Shown here one piece after another: positions 1-9,544 of a DNA stretch of 64,000 nucleotides. The stretch is from Syntrophorhabdaceae bacterium (GTDB lineage Bacteria > Desulfobacterota > Syntrophorhabdia > Syntrophorhabdales > Syntrophorhabdaceae): assembly GCA_963665295.1 (NCBI GenBank), contig OY762209.1:1120001-1184000 (forward strand), written 5' to 3'. Positions within the stretch are counted from its first letter, which is position 1, and every line of letters begins with the position of its first letter. The position numbers and the translations under genes are program-made. Below the pieces are notes generated by a model. That model was not told the origin of the DNA and made no database searches. It saw only the letters and a list, made by a program, of their open reading frames with translations.

Positions 1-101
1 GAGAAGTATCTCCAGGAACTCCCTCGGCTTATGTCCCTGTCTCGAGGAGGTAAGCACAAGGCTCGGCAGAATGCTGTGGGTTCTCAATCTTTTTTCCATT
101 C

Positions 102-247
102 ATGCCGGGGAAGGCCCCCGTATCGATGGGGCAGGCGCTGTCAATCATCTGATGGTGAGGGGCATTACGAGACAGCCCATCTTCTATGATGCTACGGATA
201 AAGACCGGTTCATCGAGAGGGTCGAAAAGGTTCGCTGGAAGGGGTAA
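102..247 (+). pseudogene. Truncated, frameshifted REP-associated/IS200-like Y1 (HUH) transposase N-terminus
   Basis: ATG at 102 reads MPGKA; after a shift in the C-run (115-119) the frame from 119 reads RIDGAGAVNHLMVRGITRQPIFYDATDKDRFIERV..., matching the MPRxARID...HxxxRG...IF.D..D...F N-terminus of RAYT/Y1 transposases. TAA at 245-247, before the HUH motif. Confidence 0.6.
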
Positions 248-617
248 TAGGGTAGCCCCGTAAAACCGGCACCCCGCCGCGAGGGCGCCTCGTTGCCTGA
301 AAAATAGTTAATCCCTTCGGGAAGGGTCGATTTGACAAAGCGAGCGGTCATGGCCCGCCCGTCAGGAATGCTCCCCGCAAAGGGGCATCCCGCAAAAAGG
401 ACCGCCGAAGCATCCGTTTAACCATTATATTGACCTCGTGGGACCGCGTTCCGTGGAGCAGCCGCACCCCGGAAGGCGCTACTCTATTGTATATGGTGTA
501 TGCCGTTTTTTGTCAACAACGGACTGATGCCGGAAGGCGGCTCAAAGGGCGGCCCGGGTCATCCACTCCCGGCATGTGATGTCCCCGGCGCTGTTCGGGA
601 AAACAGGCCGGGTTCTT

Positions 618-1517
618 TCAGTTGCCGTACCAGGAACCGGTGAGCATGCCCTGCATCTCGATTATCTCTTCCTCTGCTCCATTCGGCCCCCATGCGAACT
701 CCTCCAGGCTCAGATCCGCCAGACGGGGGTGTTCCTCCGAGAGAATGCCGAAGGCCTCCATACAGGAAGGGGGGCCTTCCCGCGGCTCCGAGCAGAAGGC
801 ATACCTTAAATTGGCAAGGCCGTCCGACAGGTGCTGAAACGCAACGGAGTGTCTGTCACACGCTTCCGGTGCGCTCATGGGAGCATGATGGTAGCGGGCG
901 ATGCTCACGAACTCTCCGGGAAGCTTCCATTTTTCCATGATCAGCCCCCCCACGGCATCGTGGGATTCCCCGAGAAATTCTCTCTCGGCTTCAAGGACCG
1001 ACATGGCGCCGTCGGCAACGGATCGGACGGCCGTTGCATAGACGTCGTGAGCGACCCGGTGCAGTATTATCTTGCCCACGTCATGGAGAAGTCCGCAAAG
1101 GTAGAGGATCGCCTGGTGCCCCATGTGGAGTTCCCGCGCAAGCCTGCGGGCGATGACGCCCGTCGCCACCGAGTGTTTCCAGAACGCCCCGTAGTCGAAA
1201 TGGGGGAAGGTCCGCTTAGGCGTCAGGGCGCCGTAAGCGCCACAGGCCACGCAGATCGTGGTGATCGCCTTGATGCCGAGAATCCGGACAGCGAAATCTA
1301 TGGTCTTCACCTGCTGCGGCAGCCTGTAGAATGCCGAGTTCGCGGCTTTCAGGACATTGATGCTCATCGCGGGGTCCGTGGATATGATCCGTGAGAGTAT
1401 GCTCAGATCCACGTCCGGGTCATCGAGGGCTTTCAAAAGCTCCAGAACCACCAGAGGGATAGGGGGAACGAGGTTGACCACAGATTCGAGCCGTTTCGCA
1501 AAGTTCCTGACCATCAT
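618..1517 (-). CDS. HDOD domain signalling protein
   Basis: DPAMSINVLKAANSAFY, FWKHS, GLLHDVGK, H..VG..I..KWKLP, IARYHH. Start moved to the ATG at 1517 behind an AAGGTGG RBS. Confidence 0.88.
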   Translation of the reverse strand: MMVRNFAKRLESVVNLVPPIPLVVLELLKALDDPDVDLSILSRIISTDPAMSINVLKAANSAFYRLPQQVKTIDFAVRILGIKAITTICVACGAYGALTPKRTFPHFDYGAFWKHSVATGVIARRLARELHMGHQAILYLCGLLHDVGKIILHRVAHDVYATAVRSVADGAMSVLEAEREFLGESHDAVGGLIMEKWKLPGEFVSIARYHHAPMSAPEACDRHSVAFQHLSDGLANLRYAFCSEPREGPPSCMEAFGILSEEHPRLADLSLEEFAWGPNGAEEEIIEMQGMLTGSWYGN

Positions 1518-1780
1518 CCACCTTTCCGGATTCGAGACATACGGGACCCTTGGTTCGCAAAGCACCGGTATGGGGGACCCGCGGACCCGTATCCCGGTCA
1601 ACCCTCACGGGCCACGGGCAAAATATACGCCGACCGGCAGGGAAAAACAATGACGGGGATCAACAAATGTAACCATGAACCGTGTTTGTATGCGAGGACA
1701 GGGGAAGGCCCGCATGGGCTCCCGGTTCTTGCTCCCGTCCGCTTGGTCGGCACGGTTCCCCGGCACGATGCAACCGGGGC

Positions 1781-1812
1781 TTGACATGCCGTTATTGTTT
1801 GTAGTATATAAC
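1781..1812 (+). promoter_or_regulatory. Putative sigma70 promoter for the 1885-4780 genes
   Basis: TTGACA at 1781-1786 followed by an AT-rich TAGTATATAAC -10 region; spacing ambiguous. Confidence 0.4.
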
Positions 1813-1884
1813 GAGTGGTGTTTTTGTGGTATTGCCGCCGACGGCCCACGAAAGACACAATCTTGACCGGAGGCGCGGCCTGAA

Positions 1885-2082
1885 ATGAGGAGAATTGTCG
1901 TGAATACGATCATATGTCCGCATTGCGGAAGGGAAACGAATCTTATTGAGTATGACCGTGGCTGGATAGGCTTATGCTGCCGCGGGGTTATCTACAACGA
2001 CGAACAACTGCCCGAAACGGATGGCACGAATAGAAAGGGACCCGCGAGGGACAGGCGTTCAATCCGTAGGCCGGGAGCTTGA
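1885..2082 (+). CDS. Small Cys-rich (zinc-ribbon-like) hypothetical protein
   Basis: CPHCG...LCC motif; GGAGG and GAGGAG RBS-like sites at the 5' end; ends at the RBS of the next gene. Confidence 0.5.
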   Translation: MRRIVVNTIICPHCGRETNLIEYDRGWIGLCCRGVIYNDEQLPETDGTNRKGPARDRRSIRRPGA

Positions 2083-2095
2083 GGGGGCCGGACAA

Positions 2096-3589
2096 ATGGG
2101 AAATACTTACTTTGATTACGCGGACCAGCAGATAACCGCCCATGACATGGAGGCTATAAGGGGGAAGGAGACACAGGGCAAAGCCAACCCCGTTATCTTC
2201 CTGAATAAGATCATCGATCTTGACTTGTCCATACGGTCGACGAACGCCCTTATGAATGCCGGCATCTTTTGCATAGGCGACCTTGTTGGCAAGACTGCGG
2301 AGGAATTGAAGATAATCAAGGGCCTGGGGAGAAAGTGCGTGTCCGAGATCGGGGAAAGACTCGAAGAATTGCACCTTGCCCCCCATAGTCCCGACTCGCC
2401 CACGGAGCTGAAAAACCACGTCAGGGCAATGCCGCCGGAGGTGGAAAGGCAGGAACAACAGAAGTATTGGAAGCGGATTGCGGGGGATATCCAGACCCTT
2501 GAAGATGAGATCTTCTTCTTCCTGCGGCCGGCCCCGTCACAGCGGCACAAACAAATTGTCATGAGTGTTTACGGATGGGACGGCAAAGGAAAAAAGACGT
2601 TAGGGTCCGTGGGAAGAACCTTTGGACTGACGAGGGAGCGTATAAGACAGATTTGCGTCGGATCAAAACAGAGGCTAAGAAGAACCCTGAAACAGGGAGG
2701 TCTGCAATTTACCATACTTGAACGCGCCATGGGTTATATAGTGGAACATGCGCCTTCGGATACGGATGCAATTGAAGCAGGACTGGTCGGTGAGGGCATC
2801 ACAAGGGAAAGGTTCAACCTCGAAGGCATTCAAACCTTGGCGGAATTCCTTGATCGCGAAACCCGATTCACCACGGTCTCGATCGGCTGCAGGACCTTCG
2901 CCGTGCGAAGCGACGACATGTCGTACAGAACATCGTGCAGTGCCGCGATTGAATTATCGAAAAGAGCGATAGGGCATTGGGGCATGGCGAATATTTCGGA
3001 CATTGCAGGGCAAATCAAGAAGCGGACCGGACGGGTTCCATCCGGAGACATGGTATCGACGGCGATCACTTCCCTAGGCGGGTTTCAATGGCTTGACGAA
3101 TCCGCCGGATGGTTCTGGTCAACCTCCATCCCCAAGAACAGATTGCTGAACCTGATAAAGAAGGTCCTCTCTATTGCGGGAAAAATAAGAGTGTCCGAAC
3201 TCCGCGCGGGTATCGGTAGATTTCACCGCATGCACGGTTTTTCGCCCCCGAACCGGGTTCTTCTCGAACTTTGCCGCCAACTTCCCTGGTGCAGGGTTGA
3301 AGGGACCACCATAGCCGCCGACCCGCCCCTTGACTGGGAAAAGACGCTTGATACGACAGAGTGGGCCATCTGTTCGGTTTTGAAAGAACATGAGTCGGTT
3401 ATGCCCCGGGTCGAGCTGGAAAAGGAGTGTCTCGGGCTGGGAATGAATCCCCGCACCTTTACGTCATCTCTTTTGTACTCCCCCATTTTGTCGATGCCCG
3501 CCAATAGTATATACGCCCTGCGCGGGACAAACGTAAAGCCGGGGTCTGTCGACCCGGCGAGGGGTCGTGAAACGGCAAAGGAAAGGTGA
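2096..3589 (+). CDS. RNA polymerase alpha-CTD domain + sigma70 region-4 HTH protein with long uncharacterised C-terminus
   Basis: IIDLDLSIRSTNALMNAGI..IGDL....EEL..IKGLGRK...EI (alpha-CTD) and KTLGSVGRTFGLTRERIRQI (sigma region 4.2); GAGGGGG RBS before ATG 2096. Confidence 0.8.
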   Translation: MGNTYFDYADQQITAHDMEAIRGKETQGKANPVIFLNKIIDLDLSIRSTNALMNAGIFCIGDLVGKTAEELKIIKGLGRKCVSEIGERLEELHLAPHSPDSPTELKNHVRAMPPEVERQEQQKYWKRIAGDIQTLEDEIFFFLRPAPSQRHKQIVMSVYGWDGKGKKTLGSVGRTFGLTRERIRQICVGSKQRLRRTLKQGGLQFTILERAMGYIVEHAPSDTDAIEAGLVGEGITRERFNLEGIQTLAEFLDRETRFTTVSIGCRTFAVRSDDMSYRTSCSAAIELSKRAIGHWGMANISDIAGQIKKRTGRVPSGDMVSTAITSLGGFQWLDESAGWFWSTSIPKNRLLNLIKKVLSIAGKIRVSELRAGIGRFHRMHGFSPPNRVLLELCRQLPWCRVEGTTIAADPPLDWEKTLDTTEWAICSVLKEHESVMPRVELEKECLGLGMNPRTFTSSLLYSPILSMPANSIYALRGTNVKPGSVDPARGRETAKER

Positions 3590-3650
3590 ACAACGGGCCG
3601 GACGTGGTAAGGGCCGACGGTGAAAATAAACATTCCAAGGAGGAAGGCAG

Positions 3651-3911
3651 ATGACGAAGGTTTCCACGGCCTGTCCGTTTTCGCATAAATCGTGCAGAGA
3701 GTGCCCGATCTATATCGGCAGACATTCACAGATTTGCATTGCAGCCAGATACCGGAAAGGAGAGAGACCGAAGCCGACCTACGGCTGCACGCACCTGAAG
3801 TTTGAGTTTCCCGAAGAACTGGTCCATAGCGATACGCGGCTCAAGGACCTGGAAGAGAGGGAAGAAAACCTGACGGAAGCAAAAATAGTGTGGAAAAGCC
3901 GGGAAAAGTGA
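3651..3911 (+). CDS. Small Cys-rich hypothetical protein
   Basis: CPF...CxxC...GRH...C motif; strong AGGAGG RBS. Confidence 0.65.
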   Translation: MTKVSTACPFSHKSCRECPIYIGRHSQICIAARYRKGERPKPTYGCTHLKFEFPEELVHSDTRLKDLEEREENLTEAKIVWKSREK

Positions 3912-3970
3912 ATCACCGACCCAAAGGCGCATGCGTTTCTTACAATTGCAGAAGAAAAGGGGGTTTAAGT

Positions 3971-4780
3971 ATGGCTGAGGGACATATCAGGGGCAGGGCA
4001 GCCGGTGAACTCCACGGGGCGCGGAGATTTCCGGCTGCTGGTGAACTTTCATACGGGGAGCGGGCCCTGGAACTCGACGAATGCGCAGGGAGAGTCGTGC
4101 CGGTGGAATGGTTTGTGAACTCAACGAATATCCATCCGGATCTCACCGTTTTGGATTTGTGGTGCGCGAGCAGGCTTGCCATCCCTCTGGCACAAAGGGT
4201 CCGGCATGTTACCGCCGTCGATTTCTCGAAAGATGCATGTCATTATTTAGGCCTGAGATGCCGGAAGGAGGGTATCAGAAATATCGCGCCATGGTTTTGC
4301 CGGTTGGGCGATGACCTTCCTTTAATGGGCATGGGGACTCATGATGTGGTTATCGCGTCATGGCCGATTCTCGTTCATAATGTACCGGCATCGACAATCA
4401 TGTTGAACCGCCTCGCAAGAAAAAGCGTTTACCTATGCGTCAGCGTAGGAAACGGTCCTTTTGACAGACCCATGTTCGAGGCGGTGGGCAGAAGCTTTGC
4501 CACAGGCCCGAGCTACACTTCCATATATTACGATCTCGTCCACCGGCACCTGGGCCTCATGCCCAATTTGTTGTTTCTGCGGGAAAATCTGTCCGGTCCA
4601 TGGGAGAGTCCGGAGGACGCCCTGGATGCGCAGAGGTGGATGTTTCCCGGCATGACCGAATGGGAGGAGCAGGAAATAAGGATGTACCTTGCAAACTTCC
4701 TTGTGAACGACGGGGCCCTATGGAGGCTGTCCTACGCGAGAGAATGCACGTGGGCAATCATGTGGTGGGACAAAGATTGA
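3971..4780 (+). CDS. Class I SAM-dependent methyltransferase-like protein with degenerate motif I
   Basis: TVLDLWCASRLAIPLA..V..VTAVDFS, HDVVIAS and C-terminal WAIMWWDK; the glycine-rich SAM loop is lost. Confidence 0.7.
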   Translation: MAEGHIRGRAAGELHGARRFPAAGELSYGERALELDECAGRVVPVEWFVNSTNIHPDLTVLDLWCASRLAIPLAQRVRHVTAVDFSKDACHYLGLRCRKEGIRNIAPWFCRLGDDLPLMGMGTHDVVIASWPILVHNVPASTIMLNRLARKSVYLCVSVGNGPFDRPMFEAVGRSFATGPSYTSIYYDLVHRHLGLMPNLLFLRENLSGPWESPEDALDAQRWMFPGMTEWEEQEIRMYLANFLVNDGALWRLSYARECTWAIMWWDKD

Positions 4781-5084
4781 AGGATGCCGTGAAATCTTAC
4801 CGGTAACGGTTTGTCCTCCCCTGTAGCCCCTCACAAATATCTTCTCTAATGCCCCTCCCTTTTCTCACAGTTTTTTGGGCTCCCCCGCAGCCCCATATTC
4901 GACCCGGGCGAGGTCGATGGATCGATGTGCTCGACTACGCAGATGGTAACCACGACAGCAAAGATAGAGGATGTGAGGTCACAGATGTATCGGGGAGGAT
5001 CGGACGAGGTGTAGCGGGTCAGGCTTCCACAATGGCACAAAAGGCGAACCGGAGACCGGGCACCCGCTCTCCCCCATTTTCCCC

Positions 5085-5113
5085 TTGACAATTTTTGCCG
5101 ATAACGGGACAAT
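5085..5113 (+). promoter_or_regulatory. Putative sigma70 promoter of kup
   Basis: TTGACA (5085-5090), 17 bp, GACAAT (5108-5113). Confidence 0.5.
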
Positions 5114-5218
5114 AGCCCGCAATCAGCCCGTTTTTTTGGATGAAGTTGCAGGTGCAGTTGGTGTACTATTTCCTGAAGAGACCGCCGGGTTGCCCCGGCC
5201 GGGTGAAAGGGGTGAAAC

Positions 5219-7084
5219 ATGCAAACTGCGTCAAACGTTGCCGCCACGCCGGATACGAACCGGCCCGCCCCCGACGACTGGCGCGCGGTAATGCGCGCCA
5301 CGGGCCTTGTCTTCGGCGACATCGGGACAAGCCCCATTTATACGCTCACCGTAATCTTCCTCCTCATTCCTCCCACGCTGGAGAATATCCTGGGCATCGT
5401 CTCCCTGATACTTTGGACCCTTATCGCCATCGTCTTCGGGCAATACGTGTTCCTCGCCATGAAACTGGACCATTTCGGCGAGGGCGGGACCCTCATACTG
5501 AAGCGCATCGCCGAACAGTACGTGCGTCCGGGGAGGCTCGCGTCCATGATCGGCATTCTTGCCTTTCTCGGGGCTACGCTCCTCCTGGGCGACGGGGTGA
5601 TCACTCCTGCCATCAGCATCCTCTCGGCAGTGGAAGGGATCAGGCTGGTCCCCGGCCTGCAGCAGACTTCGACTGCCGTGGTAGTGGGTATTTCCATCGT
5701 TATCGCCGTATGGCTCTTCTTCTCCCAGCCCAAGGGGAGCGACCGCGTAGCCGCCTGGTTCGGTCCCGTCATGGTGGTCTGGTTTTTCGCCCTCGGGGCC
5801 ACGGGCTTCGTGTCCATCCTCGAAACGCCGGCCATCCTCCATGCGGTGCGTCCCTGGTATGCCCTTCAGTTCTGCGTGAAACACGGTTTTGCCACCTTCC
5901 TGATCCTCTCCCAGATCGTGCTCTGCGCCACCGGGGCGGAAGCCCTCTACGCGGACATGGGTCATGTGGGCAAGAGACCGATCATAAAATCATGGATGTT
6001 CGTGTTCGTGGCCCTCGTCCTCTCTTACCTCGGGCAGGGCGCGTTTCTCATGCATAAGCCGGATTCCACCGTGCTTCTTTTCAGCATGGTCCACCACCAT
6101 TTGACCCATGTGGGGTATATCCCGTTTCTCCTCCTCTCCATCATGGCCACGGTCATCGCCTCCCAATCCCTTATCAGCGGCGCCTTCTCCGTCATTTATC
6201 AGGCTATCAGCATGAACAAGTTCCCCTCCCTCCAGGTGGCCTTCACGTCGTCGAGGCTCAAATCCCAGATCTACATCAGCATGGTGAACTGGTCGCTTAT
6301 GGGGGCGGTCATCTTCATGATGGTCTACTTCAAGAAATCCGACAACCTCACCGCGGCATACGGGCTTGCGGTGACGGGGGCCATGACCATAGACGCGTTC
6401 CTCATGGCCGTGGTCTACTATCACCAGAAGGCCCGGTGGAGGTTTGCCCTCTGCATCCCCTTCTTCATGATCGCCGCGTCGTTTTTCGGCTCATGTCTTA
6501 CCAAGATCCCCTCGGGGGGATACTGGTCCCTCATTATCACCTCCATTCCCCTGAGCATCCTTGCCATCTGGTCCATGGGGGAGAGCCGTCTCAACAGTAC
6601 GGACAGGGCTACCCCTCTGCCGGAATTTCTTGCGCAATACACCGGTCATTCCGGACTGCCCCGGATACCGGGCACCGCCGTCTTCACCACCCCCCGGAGC
6701 GACATGGTCCCTCCGTACCTGCCCGCCTCCATGTTCGAGCACGGCATCATCTATGAGAAGAACGTCCTTGTGTCGGTGGTCATCCTCGACGAACCCCGCG
6801 GCCTCTCGTGGACGCCCCTCAAGGAGCTTGCCGACGGGCTCCACCAGTTCGAGATCCGCGTGGGCTACATGGAAAAGACCCCGGACCTAAGGGCGTGCGT
6901 TTACGCGGACAACCTTGACCCGCGGGCCGTATTCTACGGCATGGTAAGGATAGCGCCGATTGCCCGGCGCTGGATTCCTTATTCCATTCTCAAGCGTGTC
7001 TCCCCCATCTATACCTCCCATTACCACATAAGCCTTCCGGAGTTGAAGACCCACGGGGTAATCGACCGGGTTGACATGGGATGA
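5219..7084 (+). CDS. kup: KUP/HAK/KT potassium transporter
   Basis: GLVFGDIGTSPIY, GEGGT, GDGVITPAISILSAVEG, TGAEALYADMGH, AAYGLAVTG; many TM segments. Confidence 0.97.
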   Translation: MQTASNVAATPDTNRPAPDDWRAVMRATGLVFGDIGTSPIYTLTVIFLLIPPTLENILGIVSLILWTLIAIVFGQYVFLAMKLDHFGEGGTLILKRIAEQYVRPGRLASMIGILAFLGATLLLGDGVITPAISILSAVEGIRLVPGLQQTSTAVVVGISIVIAVWLFFSQPKGSDRVAAWFGPVMVVWFFALGATGFVSILETPAILHAVRPWYALQFCVKHGFATFLILSQIVLCATGAEALYADMGHVGKRPIIKSWMFVFVALVLSYLGQGAFLMHKPDSTVLLFSMVHHHLTHVGYIPFLLLSIMATVIASQSLISGAFSVIYQAISMNKFPSLQVAFTSSRLKSQIYISMVNWSLMGAVIFMMVYFKKSDNLTAAYGLAVTGAMTIDAFLMAVVYYHQKARWRFALCIPFFMIAASFFGSCLTKIPSGGYWSLIITSIPLSILAIWSMGESRLNSTDRATPLPEFLAQYTGHSGLPRIPGTAVFTTPRSDMVPPYLPASMFEHGIIYEKNVLVSVVILDEPRGLSWTPLKELADGLHQFEIRVGYMEKTPDLRACVYADNLDPRAVFYGMVRIAPIARRWIPYSILKRVSPIYTSHYHISLPELKTHGVIDRVDMG

Positions 7085-7126
7085 CAGGCAATCAATCACG
7101 GGAAGAAAGGCGGAAAAGACCTCTCA

Positions 7127-7546
7127 ATGGAAATCAAAATAAAGAAAACAGGTATTGCCACCATAAAGGGTGACCCGGGGGCCGCCGACGTGACCCACGC
7201 CTACAGGGTCGTGGATAGGGGCAGAGAGTTCCACATCACCTTCACGTCCCATCGCCACGGCCACAGCGTGGGCATTGCGGGGGAGAAAGGGACCCTCTAT
7301 ATCGACGGCGAGGAAGACACCGTCCGGAGACAGGTGTTCGACGTGGGCCTGGGGTGCGGGGTGGGCATTGCGAGCGACGAGCCGGTGGAGGGGCTGTCGC
7401 CGTGGTCCGTCCGGGTCGTTGTCCTTGCCCATCGGGCCAAAGAGGAAAGAGAGATTACCCTGGTCATGGGAGAATCAGGCTCAGAGCGGCCCGCCGTATT
7501 TGTGGACGGCGAGGCAGCCAACAATATTCTTGACTCGTTTACATAA
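7127..7546 (+). CDS. Hypothetical protein
   Basis: 139-aa ORF with host-like codon usage filling the gap between kup and mqnE; no motif recognised. Confidence 0.6.
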   Translation: MEIKIKKTGIATIKGDPGAADVTHAYRVVDRGREFHITFTSHRHGHSVGIAGEKGTLYIDGEEDTVRRQVFDVGLGCGVGIASDEPVEGLSPWSVRVVVLAHRAKEEREITLVMGESGSERPAVFVDGEAANNILDSFT

Positions 7547-7611
7547 TTCCCTTATACTCAAACCCACGCTTAAATGATCTGCGCGTGCGGTGCGCGCGCC
7601 TCGGGAACCCC

Positions 7612-8706
7612 ATGAACAACAGCCTTCCGGACAAAATACAAAATAAGGACCTTCGCGCCATCGCGGAAAAGGTCTCTTCCGGCATCGCGGTAAGCGAGGC
7701 GGACGCCCGAATCATGCTCACCACCACGGATATTCTGGAGCTGGGGCTCATGGCCCACGCGGTAAGGACCCGGCTGCATGGAGACACGGTCTATTACGGC
7801 GTGAACATGAATCTCAACTATACCAACGTGTGCGAGCTTCGATGCCCCCTTTGCGCCTTTTCCTGCTCCGCCGGGGACCCGGGCGCATACACCCTGACCC
7901 TGGACGAGATCGAGTCGAGGGTGAGGGACGCGGCCGCGTCGGGCGTGGACGAGGTCCATATAGTGGGCGGCCTTAACAGGGCCCTTGCCATGGACTATTT
8001 CGAGGAGATGCTCCGAAGGATCAAGGCCGTTGCGCCGGAGATCTTTATCGTGGCCTTCACGGCCGTGGAATACGACTACTTCGCGAGGACCAACAACCTT
8101 TCCCTCGAAGAGGTCTTCACCCGCCTGAAGAACGCGGGTCTGGGCGCTCTCCCCGGAGGCGGGGCGGAGGTCTTTGCCCCCGAGGTGCGGGAGGTCATCG
8201 CTCCGAAGAAGATTTCCGGAAAACGCTGGCTTGAAGTGATGAGGACCGCCCATACCCTGGGACTCAGGACAAACGCGACCCTCCTTTACAACCACCTCGA
8301 AAAGACCGGGGACATCGTGGACCACCTCTCGGCGATTAGGGGCCTCCAGGACGAAACAGGAGGCTTCAAGACCTTCGTGCCCCTCCCCTATCACGACGCC
8401 AATACGGGAATCGGGGCGAGACGCAAGGAGCCCACGGGGTTCGAGGATATCCGTCTTTTCGCCACAAGCCGCATATTCCTCCATAATGTCCCTCACTTGA
8501 AGGCCCTGTGGATGTACCTCGGGGAGAAGATGGCCCAGGTGCTCTTAAGGTTCGGCGTCGATGACTTCGGCGGCACCTATAATTACGAGAAGGTCGTCCA
8601 TTCCGCAGGGGCTTCCACCGCGGACACGGGAAGCGAGGCCCACCTCCGGAGGCTCATAGGGATTTCCGGGTTGAAGGCGGTGAGGACCGTGGCGAGCTAC
8701 GAATGA
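7612..8706 (+). CDS. mqnE: Aminofutalosine synthase (CofH/MqnE radical SAM)
   Basis: NYTNVCELRCPLCAF, EVHIVGG, AFTAVE, LPGGGAEVF, NATLLY, HLKALW; context with mqnA/C/D. Confidence 0.88.
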   Translation: MNNSLPDKIQNKDLRAIAEKVSSGIAVSEADARIMLTTTDILELGLMAHAVRTRLHGDTVYYGVNMNLNYTNVCELRCPLCAFSCSAGDPGAYTLTLDEIESRVRDAAASGVDEVHIVGGLNRALAMDYFEEMLRRIKAVAPEIFIVAFTAVEYDYFARTNNLSLEEVFTRLKNAGLGALPGGGAEVFAPEVREVIAPKKISGKRWLEVMRTAHTLGLRTNATLLYNHLEKTGDIVDHLSAIRGLQDETGGFKTFVPLPYHDANTGIGARRKEPTGFEDIRLFATSRIFLHNVPHLKALWMYLGEKMAQVLLRFGVDDFGGTYNYEKVVHSAGASTADTGSEAHLRRLIGISGLKAVRTVASYE

Positions 8707-8716
8707 GGCGCACTGC

Positions 8717-9544
8717 ATGAGACTCGGCTATATCGATTACCTGAACTGTTATCCCTTCTACCACCACATGTTCGAGATCGAACCCCTTGCGGGGATAAAG
8801 GTCTTCCCCGCCTATCCGAGCGAGCTGAACCGGATGATCGGGGCGGACGAGCTCGACATGAGCCCCATTTCCGCCGCGGCATACGCGGACCTCGATGGGG
8901 ATGTGACCCTTTTGCCCGAATTCTGCCTCAGTTCGGTGGGTTATGTCCACTCGGTCATCCTGGCGAGCGCGGTCCCCATCGAAGACCTTCACGGGAAGAG
9001 GGTCGGCCTTTCCATGGCCTCCCGCACCTCCGTGGTGTTGTTGAAAATCCTCCTTGAGCGGTACTACGGCCTTCAACCGGTCTACGTCCCCACCGGAGCC
9101 AACCCCTCCCTCGAGGAAAACGGGCTCGACGGAGCGCTCATTATCGGAAACGAGGCCATGATGAGCAGGATCACCCCCTATACCTACGACCTTGGCGACC
9201 TCTGGATGAGGAAAACAGGCCATCCCGTGGTATTTGCCGTCTTTGCCGTGAGGGATTCCGCGCGGGACAGATATTCCGCGGAGATCGACGCGGTCACCGG
9301 CTCCTATCGCCGTTCCCTGGAACGGCTTGACCGGGACCGGGAGACCCTGATCCGGAAGGCAAGGGAGAGGTATCCCTCCATCATATTCGATGTGGACGGG
9401 TACTACCGGGTCCTCAAGTACTCATTCAATGAGGAATTGAGGGACGCCCTCGCCTTTTATCTCAAGACGGCCGCGGAACTGGGCTTCCTGAAAGAGACGG
9501 GAAGAGTGAAGTTTCTCGGTGCGCGGGAAGGGGGGACGCCATGA
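8717..9544 (+). CDS. mqnA: Chorismate dehydratase
   Basis: RLGYIDYLNCYP, PSELN, SRTSVVLLKILL, LIIGNEA, DLGDLW..TG.P.VFAVF. Confidence 0.93.
   Translation: MRLGYIDYLNCYPFYHHMFEIEPLAGIKVFPAYPSELNRMIGADELDMSPISAAAYADLDGDVTLLPEFCLSSVGYVHSVILASAVPIEDLHGKRVGLSMASRTSVVLLKILLERYYGLQPVYVPTGANPSLEENGLDGALIIGNEAMMSRITPYTYDLGDLWMRKTGHPVVFAVFAVRDSARDRYSAEIDAVTGSYRRSLERLDRDRETLIRKARERYPSIIFDVDGYYRVLKYSFNEELRDALAFYLKTAAELGFLKETGRVKFLGAREGGTP

Noticed and set aside
250..600. Small hairpins and a minus-strand TTGACA..TACAAT promoter-like site as an ncRNA or riboswitch
   Set aside because: No recognisable family motif, and any downstream gene lies outside the window.
5114..5218. c-di-AMP (ydaO) riboswitch ahead of kup
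   Set aside because: Leader is short and lacks the conserved GCTGAATCC...GGAGGAACC pattern.
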